A model generated the notes under the pieces. That model searched no databases and was not told where the DNA came from. It worked only from the letters and a program-made list of their open reading frames with translations. Of a stretch of DNA of 64,000 nucleotides, positions 45,428 to 55,818 are shown one piece after another. The DNA is from Cyanobacteria bacterium J06642_2 (GTDB lineage Bacteria; Cyanobacteriota; Cyanobacteriia; Thermostichales; PCC-7336): assembly GCA_039817845.1 (NCBI GenBank), contig JBCBVC010000003.1, positions 7,067-71,066 on the forward strand, written 5' to 3'. The translations under genes were made by a program, and so were the position numbers. The stretch's first letter is position 1. The number at the start of each line of letters is the position of its first letter.

Positions 45428-47731
45428 GTGAGACTTAGCTTCAAAGGAGTGCGGATATGGAGCTGGATTTGCCTGGCGTTCGCCATAGAAGCGTGTGGTT
45501 CGGAGTCCGGCTCATTGACTGCCGTTCCTAGTCAAACTCGGGCCGACACGACCCAATCCATAGCATTGTCGGCACGGGACAGTTCGACAACTCCTACAAG
45601 CAGCGTCTCAGCCGCCTTTCTCAACGACCCTACGCGCGTTACGGTTGACGATGCTGCCATTGCTCTAGCGATTGCAAACTTACCGGCAACCGCCCGCTCC
45701 GACGCGAACATTGCCTCGGCGGGCAGCTCGATCTCAAATCGTACTCAACCCTTTGCCAATCTCAGCAACGATTTGGTCGAGACGGTGGCAGGTCTGACTC
45801 GACCGACAGATACAGCAACGCTCTCGGATGCCGCCTTGACGTTGTCGACGGCTAGGTCCACTGAACCTCTAACCCCTCAGAATCTAGTCGACGACGTGCG
45901 CAGGCTGATGGGCAATACTTTTTCCGTCAACGACATAGTTGCCTTCCCCGGCCGCATCCCCAACGTAGGCGGTGAAGCAGTCGTAGTTCAGGATATCGAT
46001 CCGCAGTTTGCTGCAAACGTTGCAAGTGTGGTGAACGAGTTACCCAGCAGCGTCGCTTTGGGGATCGACGTTTCTTTTCCGCCCGCGGCAGAAATATTGT
46101 TTCCTTCAGCACCCGATCCCGAACAAGCCTTGCGCGTGAGCTTCGAGCCGCCGCTAACCCCTGCTCGCAATAATCCCGAGCCCTACAACGCTGCAGATTT
46201 GGGCTGCGAAGGTAATGTCTGTCGCTTTCCAAATGCGATCGACGTCATTCCGTTTCAGTTTTTGCCAGAGACGGATGACTATCGGGTTATCTACGAATTG
46301 AGAGATGCAACCGGAACCACAATCGTTTCTCGGTTCGTGACGATACGCCCGCGCGAAGACTTACCGATCGCGAGTTCGGGATTGCTCGACGCCATTAGCG
46401 AATCCCTGCGGATTCCAGTTGCCGACCTCAACACGGCAGATGCATCTCAAATCATCTCTCTGGATGCGTCGAGCCGGAGTATTGGCTCATTAGTTGGCAT
46501 TGAAGTGCTATCGACCGCAAGCAGTCTCGATCTCGGCAGCAATCAAATCGCCGAAGCTGCTCCCATTGCAGCGCTGACCAATCGGCTTACCGATCTCGAT
46601 CTTGCTAACAACACTATTTCGGACATTACCCCCCTGACTTCATTAGCTGCATTGCGCACTGTCGATTTGACTGACAATCAAATTACCGACCTCACACCCC
46701 TGCTAGATAACCCCGGATTAGACGGAAGTGGAGGCGATCGCGTCGATGTCGGTAACAACCCAATTGATGAGAATTCTTTGAATGTCGTCATTCCCGAATT
46801 GCAGCAACGGGGTAGCGGCATTCCTATCGTGTTTGATGTCCCATTCGCAGACGAAGCCCTCAAAAACGTCATCCGCAGCAGTTTGAGACTGTCACCTGCT
46901 AGTTCGATTAGCAATATTGACGCTCGCAGCATCATCAGTCTGAATGCATCTGATGTCGGTATTCAATCGATTGATGGTGTGGAAGCCTTGGGATCGAGCA
47001 GCATTGACTTATCAAATAATCAGATTACTGACATCAGCGCGTTTGCCGCGACACCGCCTTATTTACAAGGTACGAGCTTTGTCCAAAGCGATACGGCTCT
47101 GCTGAAAGAGAATGTAACTACCCTCGATCTGTCGAATAATCCCATTACCGAGATTGCCGCTCTGGCTGAATTACCGGTATTGCGCGTACTGACTATGACA
47201 AGCACGCAGGTCAGCGACCTCAGCCCTTTACTCGATAATCCCGGCCTAAATGGGATTGGGGGCGATCGCATTGATGTCAGCAACAACGTCCTCGATACGA
47301 ACACCTATCAAATTGTTATCCCCGAAATTCAGCAAAGGCAGGTCCCTATCACTTTTGATGTTCCCATTGCTGACCCTAATCTCGCCGCTGCCCTTCGCGA
47401 TAGTAGGGGCTTAGGCTCGGATGAACCGATCACAAATCTGGAAGCATTCCTAGTGACTCGCGTTGAGGCATCAAATCGCGATATTACATCCCTTGAAGGC
47501 ATCGAAGCTTTAGGGGCAGACACGCTCGATCTGTCCGACAATCAAATCTCCGATCTCAGCCCCTTGCTGGAAACACAACCCTACTTACCTGGAACAATTC
47601 TCAGTCGTACCACCACTCTCAGAGACAATTTGACAAGCGTTAATGTTAGTGGCAATCCTCTCGACGACAATTCTCTAGAAACTGTCATTCCCCAACTCGA
47701 GAGCCTGGGAATTGAAGTTACGTTAAATTAA
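45428..47731 (+). CDS. Leucine-rich-repeat exported protein (paralog 2)
   Basis: Track ORF 45410..47731. The GTG at 45428, after GGGAGG, gives a hydrophobic leader ending AIEAC. The N-terminal domain is alignable with paralog 1. There are three LRR blocks, each with a cap motif. Confidence 0.8.
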   Translation: MRLSFKGVRIWSWICLAFAIEACGSESGSLTAVPSQTRADTTQSIALSARDSSTTPTSSVSAAFLNDPTRVTVDDAAIALAIANLPATARSDANIASAGSSISNRTQPFANLSNDLVETVAGLTRPTDTATLSDAALTLSTARSTEPLTPQNLVDDVRRLMGNTFSVNDIVAFPGRIPNVGGEAVVVQDIDPQFAANVASVVNELPSSVALGIDVSFPPAAEILFPSAPDPEQALRVSFEPPLTPARNNPEPYNAADLGCEGNVCRFPNAIDVIPFQFLPETDDYRVIYELRDATGTTIVSRFVTIRPREDLPIASSGLLDAISESLRIPVADLNTADASQIISLDASSRSIGSLVGIEVLSTASSLDLGSNQIAEAAPIAALTNRLTDLDLANNTISDITPLTSLAALRTVDLTDNQITDLTPLLDNPGLDGSGGDRVDVGNNPIDENSLNVVIPELQQRGSGIPIVFDVPFADEALKNVIRSSLRLSPASSISNIDARSIISLNASDVGIQSIDGVEALGSSSIDLSNNQITDISAFAATPPYLQGTSFVQSDTALLKENVTTLDLSNNPITEIAALAELPVLRVLTMTSTQVSDLSPLLDNPGLNGIGGDRIDVSNNVLDTNTYQIVIPEIQQRQVPITFDVPIADPNLAAALRDSRGLGSDEPITNLEAFLVTRVEASNRDITSLEGIEALGADTLDLSDNQISDLSPLLETQPYLPGTILSRTTTLRDNLTSVNVSGNPLDDNSLETVIPQLESLGIEVTLN

Positions 47732-47760
47732 CGTACCTGACGTGTCACGCACCAGACATG

Positions 47761-49512
47761 TTATCGAGAGATCTGCTCGCTTACGGTTGGCGGATCGCCT
47801 ATGTCAGTGTTGTGCAAGCTGCCGCTTGCAGTGGCGATCGCAGGTTCGTCATCGACCTGCAAAAGGGGAATAAAAAAGGTTACGGTTGACCCTTTCCCCT
47901 CGCCCGCACTGTAGAACTCGATCGTGCCCGACATGGCTTCAATCAGTCGTTGGCTAATGGCAAGCCCTAAACCCGTACCGCCATATTGACGCGTCATTGA
48001 ACCATCTGCCTGCGTAAAAGGTTGGAACAAGCGAGCCTGCTTCTCCGGCGAAATGCCAATCCCCGTATCCTTGACAGAAACTTTAACTTGGCCGTCAACG
48101 ATTTCAGCCTGTACCTTAATGTGACCTGACGGCGTAAATTTAATCGCATTACCTACTAAATTGAGCAAAATCTGCATTAAACGCTGCCGATTACCCATGA
48201 TCGTAATGGGGAATGGCCTTTTGGGTAGAGAGAACTGGAGGTCGAGCCGTTTCTGGGCAGCCTGCAGCCGCGTTTTAATTTCAACGTCAGCAAAAATTGC
48301 ATTCAGCTCTTGGGGAGATAGATCGATCTGCATTTTTCCAGCTTCGATCTTTGCGATATCGAGTACGTCGTTAATGAGATCTAGTAAGTGCAGAGCAGAC
48401 TTGCGAGCTTCACGCAAAAATTCTTGTTCTTCAGCTTCATCGCTGGCAATACCGTCCATCAACAGTTGAATAAAGCCAATAATGGCATTGAGAGGCGTGC
48501 GCAGTTCGTGAGATGTATTCGCGAGAAACTCGCTCTTGAGGCGGTTGGCAGATTCAGCCTGCATGCGCGCAAGCTGTAATTCTTCATTTCTTTTAAGCAA
48601 CATGCGATTGTTTTTTTGCAGGCGCGGTGCAATTTGTTGACTGCGATTGACGACCTCAGAATGCGCGATGAAGTTGCCGAGATATAGAGCCGTAAGTTCG
48701 ACATCTCGGCGGATACGGGTAAGTTTTTCCGCGGGCTGCGTGTCCGGTTGAAATTCTAAACACAAGAGGCCGTTAATTTGATGTTGAAAACGAGTAGGAG
48801 CGATTGCCGTATCGTCTTGAATTTCTATCGCTTGCTGCTTGAGCACTCGAACGTACAACGGGGCATCAACTAGGGCAATGGTCTGGTTTAACCAACTCGA
48901 CGTATCGCGATCGCATCGATATTCAGCTGCAACCAACAACGAATCATGGCCTAATTGATACAGTGCTAAAAAACAACGACTGCAGTTGAAGAATGAACCC
49001 AGAACCTCTACGGCACGCTGACACCAGGCTTCAATCCCAGTGTTGTGAAGCTGAATCTCAATCAACTGCTCCAATAAATCCACCGAAGGAGATGAGGATG
49101 CCGCCGCAATATCGACTTCGGCCACACTGTCAGCTTCTGGCGCGGGGATATTAAAACCACTGACTAATTCGGAGGTGGGGAGCACGTCTAGAACTTGAGC
49201 CGCGATCGCCACAGCCAAGATTGAACCGCTAGGTGCAACTACGGGGCTGAGCGTCAGTTGGAGATGGAGAAGATACCCTTGTGTGAGTATGTGAGTCAGA
49301 CATTGATGAGGAGCACGGGCATCCGCAACTTTCTGCATGACATCGAAATACTGATGCGGGTTGATAGGTACCCAGGTGGCTTGGCCGCTAACGATCTCGG
49401 CTGGGTTGATGCCATATTCATCCGCACCAGCCCAGTGGAACGTCCACAAACGTCCCTGCAGGTCCTGGGTGAAGAAGAGCGTACTCGCTGTTGAGTTACT
49501 CGGCGCGGACAT
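47761..49512 (-). CDS. Sensor histidine kinase with N-terminal PAS/GAF-like sensory region
   Basis: 583 aa. The H-box is [14 protein letters not shown], with [16 protein letters not shown] and GTGLGLAIS also present. There is no receiver domain. Confidence 0.85.
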   Translation of the reverse strand: MSAPSNSTASTLFFTQDLQGRLWTFHWAGADEYGINPAEIVSGQATWVPINPHQYFDVMQKVADARAPHQCLTHILTQGYLLHLQLTLSPVVAPSGSILAVAIAAQVLDVLPTSELVSGFNIPAPEADSVAEVDIAAASSSPSVDLLEQLIEIQLHNTGIEAWCQRAVEVLGSFFNCSRCFLALYQLGHDSLLVAAEYRCDRDTSSWLNQTIALVDAPLYVRVLKQQAIEIQDDTAIAPTRFQHQINGLLCLEFQPDTQPAEKLTRIRRDVELTALYLGNFIAHSEVVNRSQQIAPRLQKNNRMLLKRNEELQLARMQAESANRLKSEFLANTSHELRTPLNAIIGFIQLLMDGIASDEAEEQEFLREARKSALHLLDLINDVLDIAKIEAGKMQIDLSPQELNAIFADVEIKTRLQAAQKRLDLQFSLPKRPFPITIMGNRQRLMQILLNLVGNAIKFTPSGHIKVQAEIVDGQVKVSVKDTGIGISPEKQARLFQPFTQADGSMTRQYGGTGLGLAISQRLIEAMSGTIEFYSAGEGKGSTVTFFIPLLQVDDEPAIATASGSLHNTDIGDPPTVSEQISR

Positions 49513-49804
49513 AGACTCGGTGAAGCCCTCAATTTCAGGATAGAAGAGTCATGGCATACCTGGCGATGATGCCCACAGTTTCTCCACAAGATTGAGAGTT
49601 ACTCCTGTTGAGGACATCGAATCGCGATTGCATTCCTGCTCCTTTTTATCCCAAGTTTTTTGCCATCATCTCAGTACGTGCAATATTCGAGTATGTTGCT
49701 CGTGCTACGTCATGCAAATTTAGAGTCGGCGAATGGCCTGCTGATGCGCGAGCTAGCAAAGCATCGTCTAGACTGAGGCTAAATACGGTTCAAGTTTTGT
49801 AACA

Positions 49805-50335
49805 ATGCCTGACCGCTTCAGTGCCTTTGATGAAAGCATTCCGGACCTGTCTGCTTCCCATCCCGTACCGGAAGAGCAGCAACCGATGCAGGAGTACGAG
49901 CAGTTGCGTCAGTCCGGCTTCTTTCGGTGGGCCACATTGGCCCTGTTCGCGTATCTGCGTGGTGCTGTATGGGTTTGGATGGTGGCCTTTGCCTTGGCAA
50001 CACCACTGACGGCTTCCGTGTTCCCCCTCGGTCGGGAACCACTCCATTTCTTATTGTCGACAGGAGCCAGCGCTTCTTTGGTGCTGAGTCTGGCAGTTGC
50101 GCGGCTGTTCTTGGGGTGGTCATACGTGCGTCAACGTTTATACAAGGCTGCAATTGTCTATGAAGAGAGCGGTTGGTACGACGGTGAGGTCTGGGTCAAA
50201 CCAGCAGAAGAACTGGCCAAAGACCGGTTGGTAGTGGACTATCAAATCCGGCCGATTATGCGGCGTCTGTATCGCACGATTGGCGTACTGGTTGCTGTCA
50301 ATGCCCTGGGCGCTGCTATCTGGTGGGCATTTTGA
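49805..50335 (+). CDS. DUF1230 / Ycf36 (CGLD27) family membrane protein
   Basis: 176 aa. PMQEYEQLRQSGFFRWA and YEESGWYDGEVW motifs are typical of Ycf36-like proteins. Confidence 0.7.
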   Translation: MPDRFSAFDESIPDLSASHPVPEEQQPMQEYEQLRQSGFFRWATLALFAYLRGAVWVWMVAFALATPLTASVFPLGREPLHFLLSTGASASLVLSLAVARLFLGWSYVRQRLYKAAIVYEESGWYDGEVWVKPAEELAKDRLVVDYQIRPIMRRLYRTIGVLVAVNALGAAIWWAF

Positions 50336-50435
50336 CTTGTCGCGAGTCCGATCGCCGAGATCGAACAGGAGCAAAGATGCGTTATCGTTTCGTTCCCTGT
50401 CAGTCTGCTCGTCGAGCGCTTAGTACAGTCGGTTT

Positions 50436-51413
50436 GTGGAGCTGGCTGTGCGCGTAATCCGCAATCTCGACCGAGTCATGCGACCTGCGGCGGTAGCTAT
50501 AGGCAATTTTGACGGCGTCCACAGCGGACACCAGCGCGTCATTCAGCCCATTTTGTCGTCAACCTGTGGGATCAGCACGGTGCTGACCTTCGATCCGCAT
50601 CCGCGTGAAGTGTTTGAAGAGAAGGCGCTGCCCTTTCTGACTCCTTTACCGGAGAAATTAGCTCTGTTGGAGGAAATGGGCATCGAGCAGGTGGTTTTGC
50701 TGCCTTTCAGTCGAGAGTTTGCCAGTCGCGACCCACAAGCTTTTGTCTCCGACATTTTGGAACGAGGTTTAGCAGCCTGCCACGTTAGCGTCGGGTGGGA
50801 TTTCTGCTTTGGCTACCAGCGATCTGGTAATGCCGACACGTTGCGAGCCTGGGGCGAAGTCCATCAGATCCCGGTCGATATTGTGTCTGAATGGCAAGTA
50901 GTAGGCGCGCGGGCCAGCAGTTCTGCCGTTCGACAAGCTTTAGCGGTGGGTGATTTGGTCCGGGCAAACGCCATTCTGGGTCGTTGCTATCAATTACAGG
51001 GGTTAGTGGAAACGGGCGATCGCCGGGGTCGTCAAATTGGCTTTCCGACAGCCAACATGCGCGTGTCTGGGCGCAAAGTTCTACCTTGCGATGGCGTCTA
51101 TGGTGCCCGTGCTTACTGGCAAAGCCGGGAGGGTCAAACCGAATATGCGATCGCTGTCCTCAACATCGGCTGTCGTCCCACATTTTCTGGTACGACCCGT
51201 ACTGTCGAAGTTCACCTACTCGATTGGTCGGGAGATTTATACGGTCGCGTGCTGCACGTCGAACTGGAGCATTTTCTCCGACCAGAACGTAGATTTGCCG
51301 GGATTGAAGAGCTCCGCACCCAACTCCAACAGGACTGTCAGCTCGCGCGTCAGCTCGCACCTACTCTTGCTACTTCCCCATCATCTCCACTGTGTGGTTC
51401 GACTTTTTCTTGA
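50436..51413 (+). CDS. ribF: Bifunctional riboflavin kinase / FMN adenylyltransferase
   Basis: 325 aa. The motifs are AIGNFDGVHSGHQ, GRQIGFPTAN and VEVHLLDWSGDLYG. Confidence 0.9.
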   Translation: MELAVRVIRNLDRVMRPAAVAIGNFDGVHSGHQRVIQPILSSTCGISTVLTFDPHPREVFEEKALPFLTPLPEKLALLEEMGIEQVVLLPFSREFASRDPQAFVSDILERGLAACHVSVGWDFCFGYQRSGNADTLRAWGEVHQIPVDIVSEWQVVGARASSSAVRQALAVGDLVRANAILGRCYQLQGLVETGDRRGRQIGFPTANMRVSGRKVLPCDGVYGARAYWQSREGQTEYAIAVLNIGCRPTFSGTTRTVEVHLLDWSGDLYGRVLHVELEHFLRPERRFAGIEELRTQLQQDCQLARQLAPTLATSPSSPLCGSTFS

Positions 51414-51652
51414 ACGAAGGATGTGCCTGACTTTTTACCCATATCGCAATATCAAGTAATGTCTGTAAACATATATTTACTCTTCTTAGGCAAAAGTGGC
51501 GGTTGTGCCCATTGCTATTGTTCAGAAGAAAGCGATCGCGCCACAATGTAATGAGAGCGCCATCCATCCCGTTCGGTCGCGCGTGCTAAGTGTTGCTTCT
51601 TCCAGAAGCACGACGTTGGCCTAACCCACGAACTCGGTGGTGTTGAGGGTTT

Positions 51653-52294
51653 ATGTTGAGTTACTTTCGAGATCGCCATCCTTTGGGTAGCATCCTCACG
51701 GACTTGCTGCGTGTGGAAGAAGGTATTTACGTCGTCAAGGCTCAAATTGTTGCCAACGGCATCGTGCTGGGTACCGGCATGGCAGGCTCCACCACAGTGG
51801 AAGAGGCCGAAGACGCCGCAATCTCCCGCGCACAGCGAGTGGCAGGATACGATGCGGCTCAATTGGCCCGCGTTTCCGGCGAATTTCAAAGAAATATCAT
51901 TCCGGCACTCTCACTGTCGAGCGCGGCCCCTAACGGTCATACTGTGACCAACGGCACGAGTGCACCATTAGCTGCGGATAGCTTTGGGAGTGATGGGCCC
52001 ACGGCTGACTGGTCGCCCCCTGTCGATCCCGAACCGCCGAGCGACTCTACGCCCGCAGCCAGTCAAACCACGCTGCTTGAAATCGAGCCCGAAGATCTCT
52101 CAGACATCATTGCCCAGTCTGATGTCGAACTCAAACGCATCGGATGGGGGCCGAAAGAAGGTCGTAAATATCTGGAATCAACATTTAAGAAGCGATCGCG
52201 TCAACAGCTTGATGAGAAAGAGCTCCGCAAGTTTCTCGCTCATCTCAAAAAACAACCTACGCGTTTAGTCGTCGAGGCTGAAGAGGCATTCTAG
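51653..52294 (+). CDS. Hypothetical protein (conserved-looking N- and C-termini, low-complexity middle)
   Basis: 213 aa. No family recognised. Confidence 0.45.
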   Translation: MLSYFRDRHPLGSILTDLLRVEEGIYVVKAQIVANGIVLGTGMAGSTTVEEAEDAAISRAQRVAGYDAAQLARVSGEFQRNIIPALSLSSAAPNGHTVTNGTSAPLAADSFGSDGPTADWSPPVDPEPPSDSTPAASQTTLLEIEPEDLSDIIAQSDVELKRIGWGPKEGRKYLESTFKKRSRQQLDEKELRKFLAHLKKQPTRLVVEAEEAF

Positions 52295-52368
52295 CCATAC
52301 GGACTCGGACTATTCGAGCTGGCCGACTCATCTGGATCTACCAACCGGAATGACTGGTTAAAGCAGGA

Positions 52369-52854
52369 TTACTCGTTAAATATCGACCGCTGTCCCTCGG
52401 GACTGACGCCAATGATGGTGAGCTGACAATCGAGTACTTTAAAGCCGTGTTTAGCTGCAACTTTTTGGCTGATGTTGAGGATAGAGCTGTTTTTGAACTC
52501 GATGACCTGATTAGTTTTGACGCAAACCAAGTGATGGTGGTGGTGGGGATACGGTTGATTGAGTTCGTAGTGCTTGTGGCCTTCAGCTAGCTCTAGCTCC
52601 CGGAGAATGCCCATACGAGCCATCATCTTGACCGTGCGATAAACAGTCGACAAACTGATAGACTCGCCACCTTCTACCAAACGCTCGTGTAACTCTTCAG
52701 CGCTGAGATGCTCGCCTTCAGGTAAGTTCTGAAACGTGGAGAGAATGGTTTCTCGTTGGGGAGTCAGCCGCCATCCTTTCGCATGCAGTTCGGCTCTGAA
52801 TGCATCGGGCGAGTACTGGCCGGAAGATAGCGTCACGTCATTGTCAAGAAGCAC
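52369..52854 (-). CDS. fur: Fur family transcriptional regulator
   Basis: 161 aa with a GTG start. It has a winged helix (TPQRETILSTF...LSTVYRTVKMM) and the metal site HHHHHLVC. Confidence 0.85.
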   Translation of the reverse strand: MLLDNDVTLSSGQYSPDAFRAELHAKGWRLTPQRETILSTFQNLPEGEHLSAEELHERLVEGGESISLSTVYRTVKMMARMGILRELELAEGHKHYELNQPYPHHHHHLVCVKTNQVIEFKNSSILNISQKVAAKHGFKVLDCQLTIIGVSPEGQRSIFNE

Positions 52855-53009
52855 TGTTTATTGATAATAGCTTGGAATGTCACTTTTTTCAGTAGCTATA
52901 GGAACGGGAGGATACAGAAACACGCGGACACCATTGTAGCTACACGGACAGAGAAAAATTTCACAGGTATGAGCGTGAGCGTAGACTGAAGGTGTCAGCT
53001 AATCCAGGC

Positions 53010-53041
53010 TTGCAGCGCATTTCAATTGCAGCGCATTTCAA
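53010..53041. repeat. Perfect 2 x 16-nt tandem duplication TTGCAGCGCATTTCAA in the fur-aas intergenic region
   Basis: Read directly: 53010-53025 and 53026-53041 are identical. Confidence 0.9.
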
Positions 53042-53086
53042 GATTTAAAGCAAATCTGTCTTCTACCGTTATGATAACGCGGAGGT

Positions 53087-55078
53087 TTGAGGTATCCAGC
53101 TATGACTGCAACTGCTTCACTACCTAATGCATCGGCCTCCACAGTCCTCAGCGACATCTGGCGCGCTAATGCCGAACGCTTTGGCAATACCCTGGCGCTG
53201 TGGAATCCTCACTCCAAACCAGAAGAGCAGTTCAGCTATCGCGAGTTGTATGATGCGATCCAAGATTTTGCTGGCGGGCTGCAGGCATTGGGTGTAGGAG
53301 CCGGAGCTCGCGTCGCGATTGTGGCTGACAACTCGCCGCGTTGGTTTGTGGCCGACCAAGGCAGTTTGATGATGGGGGCTGTCAATGTGCCGCGCGGTGC
53401 CACCGCTCCTGTGAGCGAGTTAGCGTACATTCTCGAACATAGCGGCAGCAGCGCGATCGTTGCCCAGGATCCAGCAACGCTTCAGCCTCTGATCGATTCC
53501 ATTCAACGTTTGGGGATCGAACTGGCTATTCTGCTGTCGGACGAATCAACCGACGCATTGCCCGAGCTAGATGCTGTCAAATGGATGACCTACCGAGAAG
53601 TCTTGGAACTAGGGACGGCACGAAAGTTCGCGCCGGTTGACATCAAGAGGTCGCACCTGGCCACCATCATCTATACTTCCGGCACAACAGGCAATCCCAA
53701 AGGGGTCATGCTCAGCCACGGAAATTTGATGCATCAGGTCGAAAATTTACGTCCTGTCGTGAATCCCGACGTGGGAGATCGCGTCTTGACTATCCTGCCC
53801 ACCTGGCATTCCTACGAGCGATCCGGCGAATATTACTTACTGTCACGGGGCTGCACGCAAATCTACACGACCCGTCGCTACATCAAACAAGATTTGCAGC
53901 AGTACTCGCCTAGCTACATGATCGCAGTACCCCGCATTTGGGAAACCGTGTACGAGGGCGTGCAGCGCCAACTGCGTGAAGCCAAACCTTTCATGCAAAA
54001 ACTGGTGAAGTGGTTTTTGACTCGGAGCGAACGCTGGGTACTGCTGCGCCGACAGCTGCAAGGACGATCGCTCGTTCGGGACCGACTCTCACCAGTGGAC
54101 ACATTCCTCGCGCGCTTACAATGGCTATTCCTCACTCCTATTCATTTTTTGGGCGATCGGATTGTTTACCGCAAAATTCGCCAAGCAGTCGGTTCTAAGT
54201 TCAATCATGCTATCAGTGGTGGTGGCGCTCTACCGCCCTATCTGGATGCGTTCTATGAAATTGTCGGAATAGACATTTTGGTAGGCTACGGTCTAACAGA
54301 AACGTCACCCGTCCTGAGCGCCCGCCGGCCCGAACGCAACGTCCGCGGCACGTCAGGACCGCCGGTGCCCTACACCGAACTGCAAATTTGTCATCCGGAC
54401 ACCCTGCAACCGCTACCTCGCGGCACCACCATGTTGGAATCGCGCAATTATCAGGGACTGATTCGAGCGCGAGGGCCGCAGATCATGCAGGGCTACTATC
54501 GCAATCTTGAAGCAACAGAAAAGGCGATCAATGCTGAAGGCTGGTTCAACACTGGCGATTTGGGTTGGTTAACCCCTGATGGTGACATCGTCATCACCGG
54601 ACGTGTCAAAGATGTCATTGTCCTGACTAATGGCGAGAATATCGAGCCACAGCCAATTGAAGATGCGTGCAGTCAAAGCGAATCGATCGATCAAATTGTC
54701 CTCGTGGGTCAGGACCAAAAACGATTGGCCGCGCTCGTGTATCCCAATGTCAAGACTCTCCTCGGTGTCCACCGCGATCGCCTCGCCCCAGCTGCGACTA
54801 AACTTACCTCAAACGACGATCTCGACGCCTGGGTTCAGCATCCCGAAATCATCTCGGTTTTAGCTGCAGACTCCGAAACGAGATCGCAAGTACTCAACGA
54901 ACTTCAAACCTTGATCAAAGCCCGTCCGGGTTATCGGCCTGATGACCTCATTGGCGATCTGCGGTTCATTCCCGAACCCTTAACGATGAATAACGGCCTC
55001 ATGACGCAAACTTACAAAATTCGTCGCAATCGCGTGGCCGAACGCTACGTCGATCTGATTGCCGAACTCTACTCCTAA
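53087..55078 (+). CDS. AMP-dependent long-chain fatty acid ligase (cyanobacterial acyl-ACP synthetase Aas-like)
   Basis: 663 aa. It has the AMP-binding motif YTSGTTGNPKGVMLSHGNL, plus TGDLGW. The start is uncertain, with the ATG at 53102 as an alternative. Confidence 0.85.
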   Translation: MRYPAMTATASLPNASASTVLSDIWRANAERFGNTLALWNPHSKPEEQFSYRELYDAIQDFAGGLQALGVGAGARVAIVADNSPRWFVADQGSLMMGAVNVPRGATAPVSELAYILEHSGSSAIVAQDPATLQPLIDSIQRLGIELAILLSDESTDALPELDAVKWMTYREVLELGTARKFAPVDIKRSHLATIIYTSGTTGNPKGVMLSHGNLMHQVENLRPVVNPDVGDRVLTILPTWHSYERSGEYYLLSRGCTQIYTTRRYIKQDLQQYSPSYMIAVPRIWETVYEGVQRQLREAKPFMQKLVKWFLTRSERWVLLRRQLQGRSLVRDRLSPVDTFLARLQWLFLTPIHFLGDRIVYRKIRQAVGSKFNHAISGGGALPPYLDAFYEIVGIDILVGYGLTETSPVLSARRPERNVRGTSGPPVPYTELQICHPDTLQPLPRGTTMLESRNYQGLIRARGPQIMQGYYRNLEATEKAINAEGWFNTGDLGWLTPDGDIVITGRVKDVIVLTNGENIEPQPIEDACSQSESIDQIVLVGQDQKRLAALVYPNVKTLLGVHRDRLAPAATKLTSNDDLDAWVQHPEIISVLAADSETRSQVLNELQTLIKARPGYRPDDLIGDLRFIPEPLTMNNGLMTQTYKIRRNRVAERYVDLIAELYS

Positions 55079-55255
55079 AGGGAGGGTACTCCAAGTCATA
55101 AGATCTCTATAGAGCTCTACTACTCAACGGGACTGCTTCAGAATTGAACCGAAAACCGAGGGCGATCGTGCGGAAACTGACGCAGGTAAGGTAGTCTGAT
55201 TAAGGTATCTAACTGATTCTTAAGTTTTACTGCTGAGGAGCTGCTGTTTCCGATC

Positions 55256-55708
55256 ATGGCCGATCTCACCTCCGATTCCTTGCTGCTCAAACGTAATGTC
55301 ACCATCCGCGTGGTCGTTACCGAACGCTGGAAAACTGAAATGCAGGAGAATCTGCAAAAGCAGACCCAGAACATTGACGCTCAGATGCAACAGCTAGAAT
55401 TTCAGGGCAAACGCGCGATCGCCGAAATTGAAAAGCGAACCATTCAGCCAGCAGGTCCGGAAGCTTCGCAGCAAATTCAGTCCGTCACCGCCCAAGTGAA
55501 TGCACAGAAAGGCAAATTGTTGGAACAAAAGAATCAAGCCCTGCAACAGCTCAATCAACTGTCTAATGTTGAGATGGGTCAAGAGGTTATTCAGGGTAAC
55601 GTCGAGAGCTTTTTTACGATTGCCCAAGGTGACAACCTGATTGAAAAAATGCAGGTGGAGCTGTTGCTTGAAGACGGCGTTGTAAAGGACATTCGCGGCA
55701 AGATTTAG
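55256..55708 (+). CDS. YlqD family protein
   Basis: 150 aa. LLLKRNVTIRVVVTERWK...QQLEFQGKRAIAEIEK...MQVELLLEDGVVKDIRG matches cyanobacterial YlqD-like proteins as I remember them. Confidence 0.6.
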   Translation: MADLTSDSLLLKRNVTIRVVVTERWKTEMQENLQKQTQNIDAQMQQLEFQGKRAIAEIEKRTIQPAGPEASQQIQSVTAQVNAQKGKLLEQKNQALQQLNQLSNVEMGQEVIQGNVESFFTIAQGDNLIEKMQVELLLEDGVVKDIRGKI

Positions 55709-55818
55709 TGTCTTTCTGCACAGTCGGTCGCAGATAGCTAGCCGAAGTGCGCGACAGCAGGCAATGCGATCGCAGGCTCGGACCCATTCAGCATACTCAC
55801 CTTTGGTATCTATCCCCC

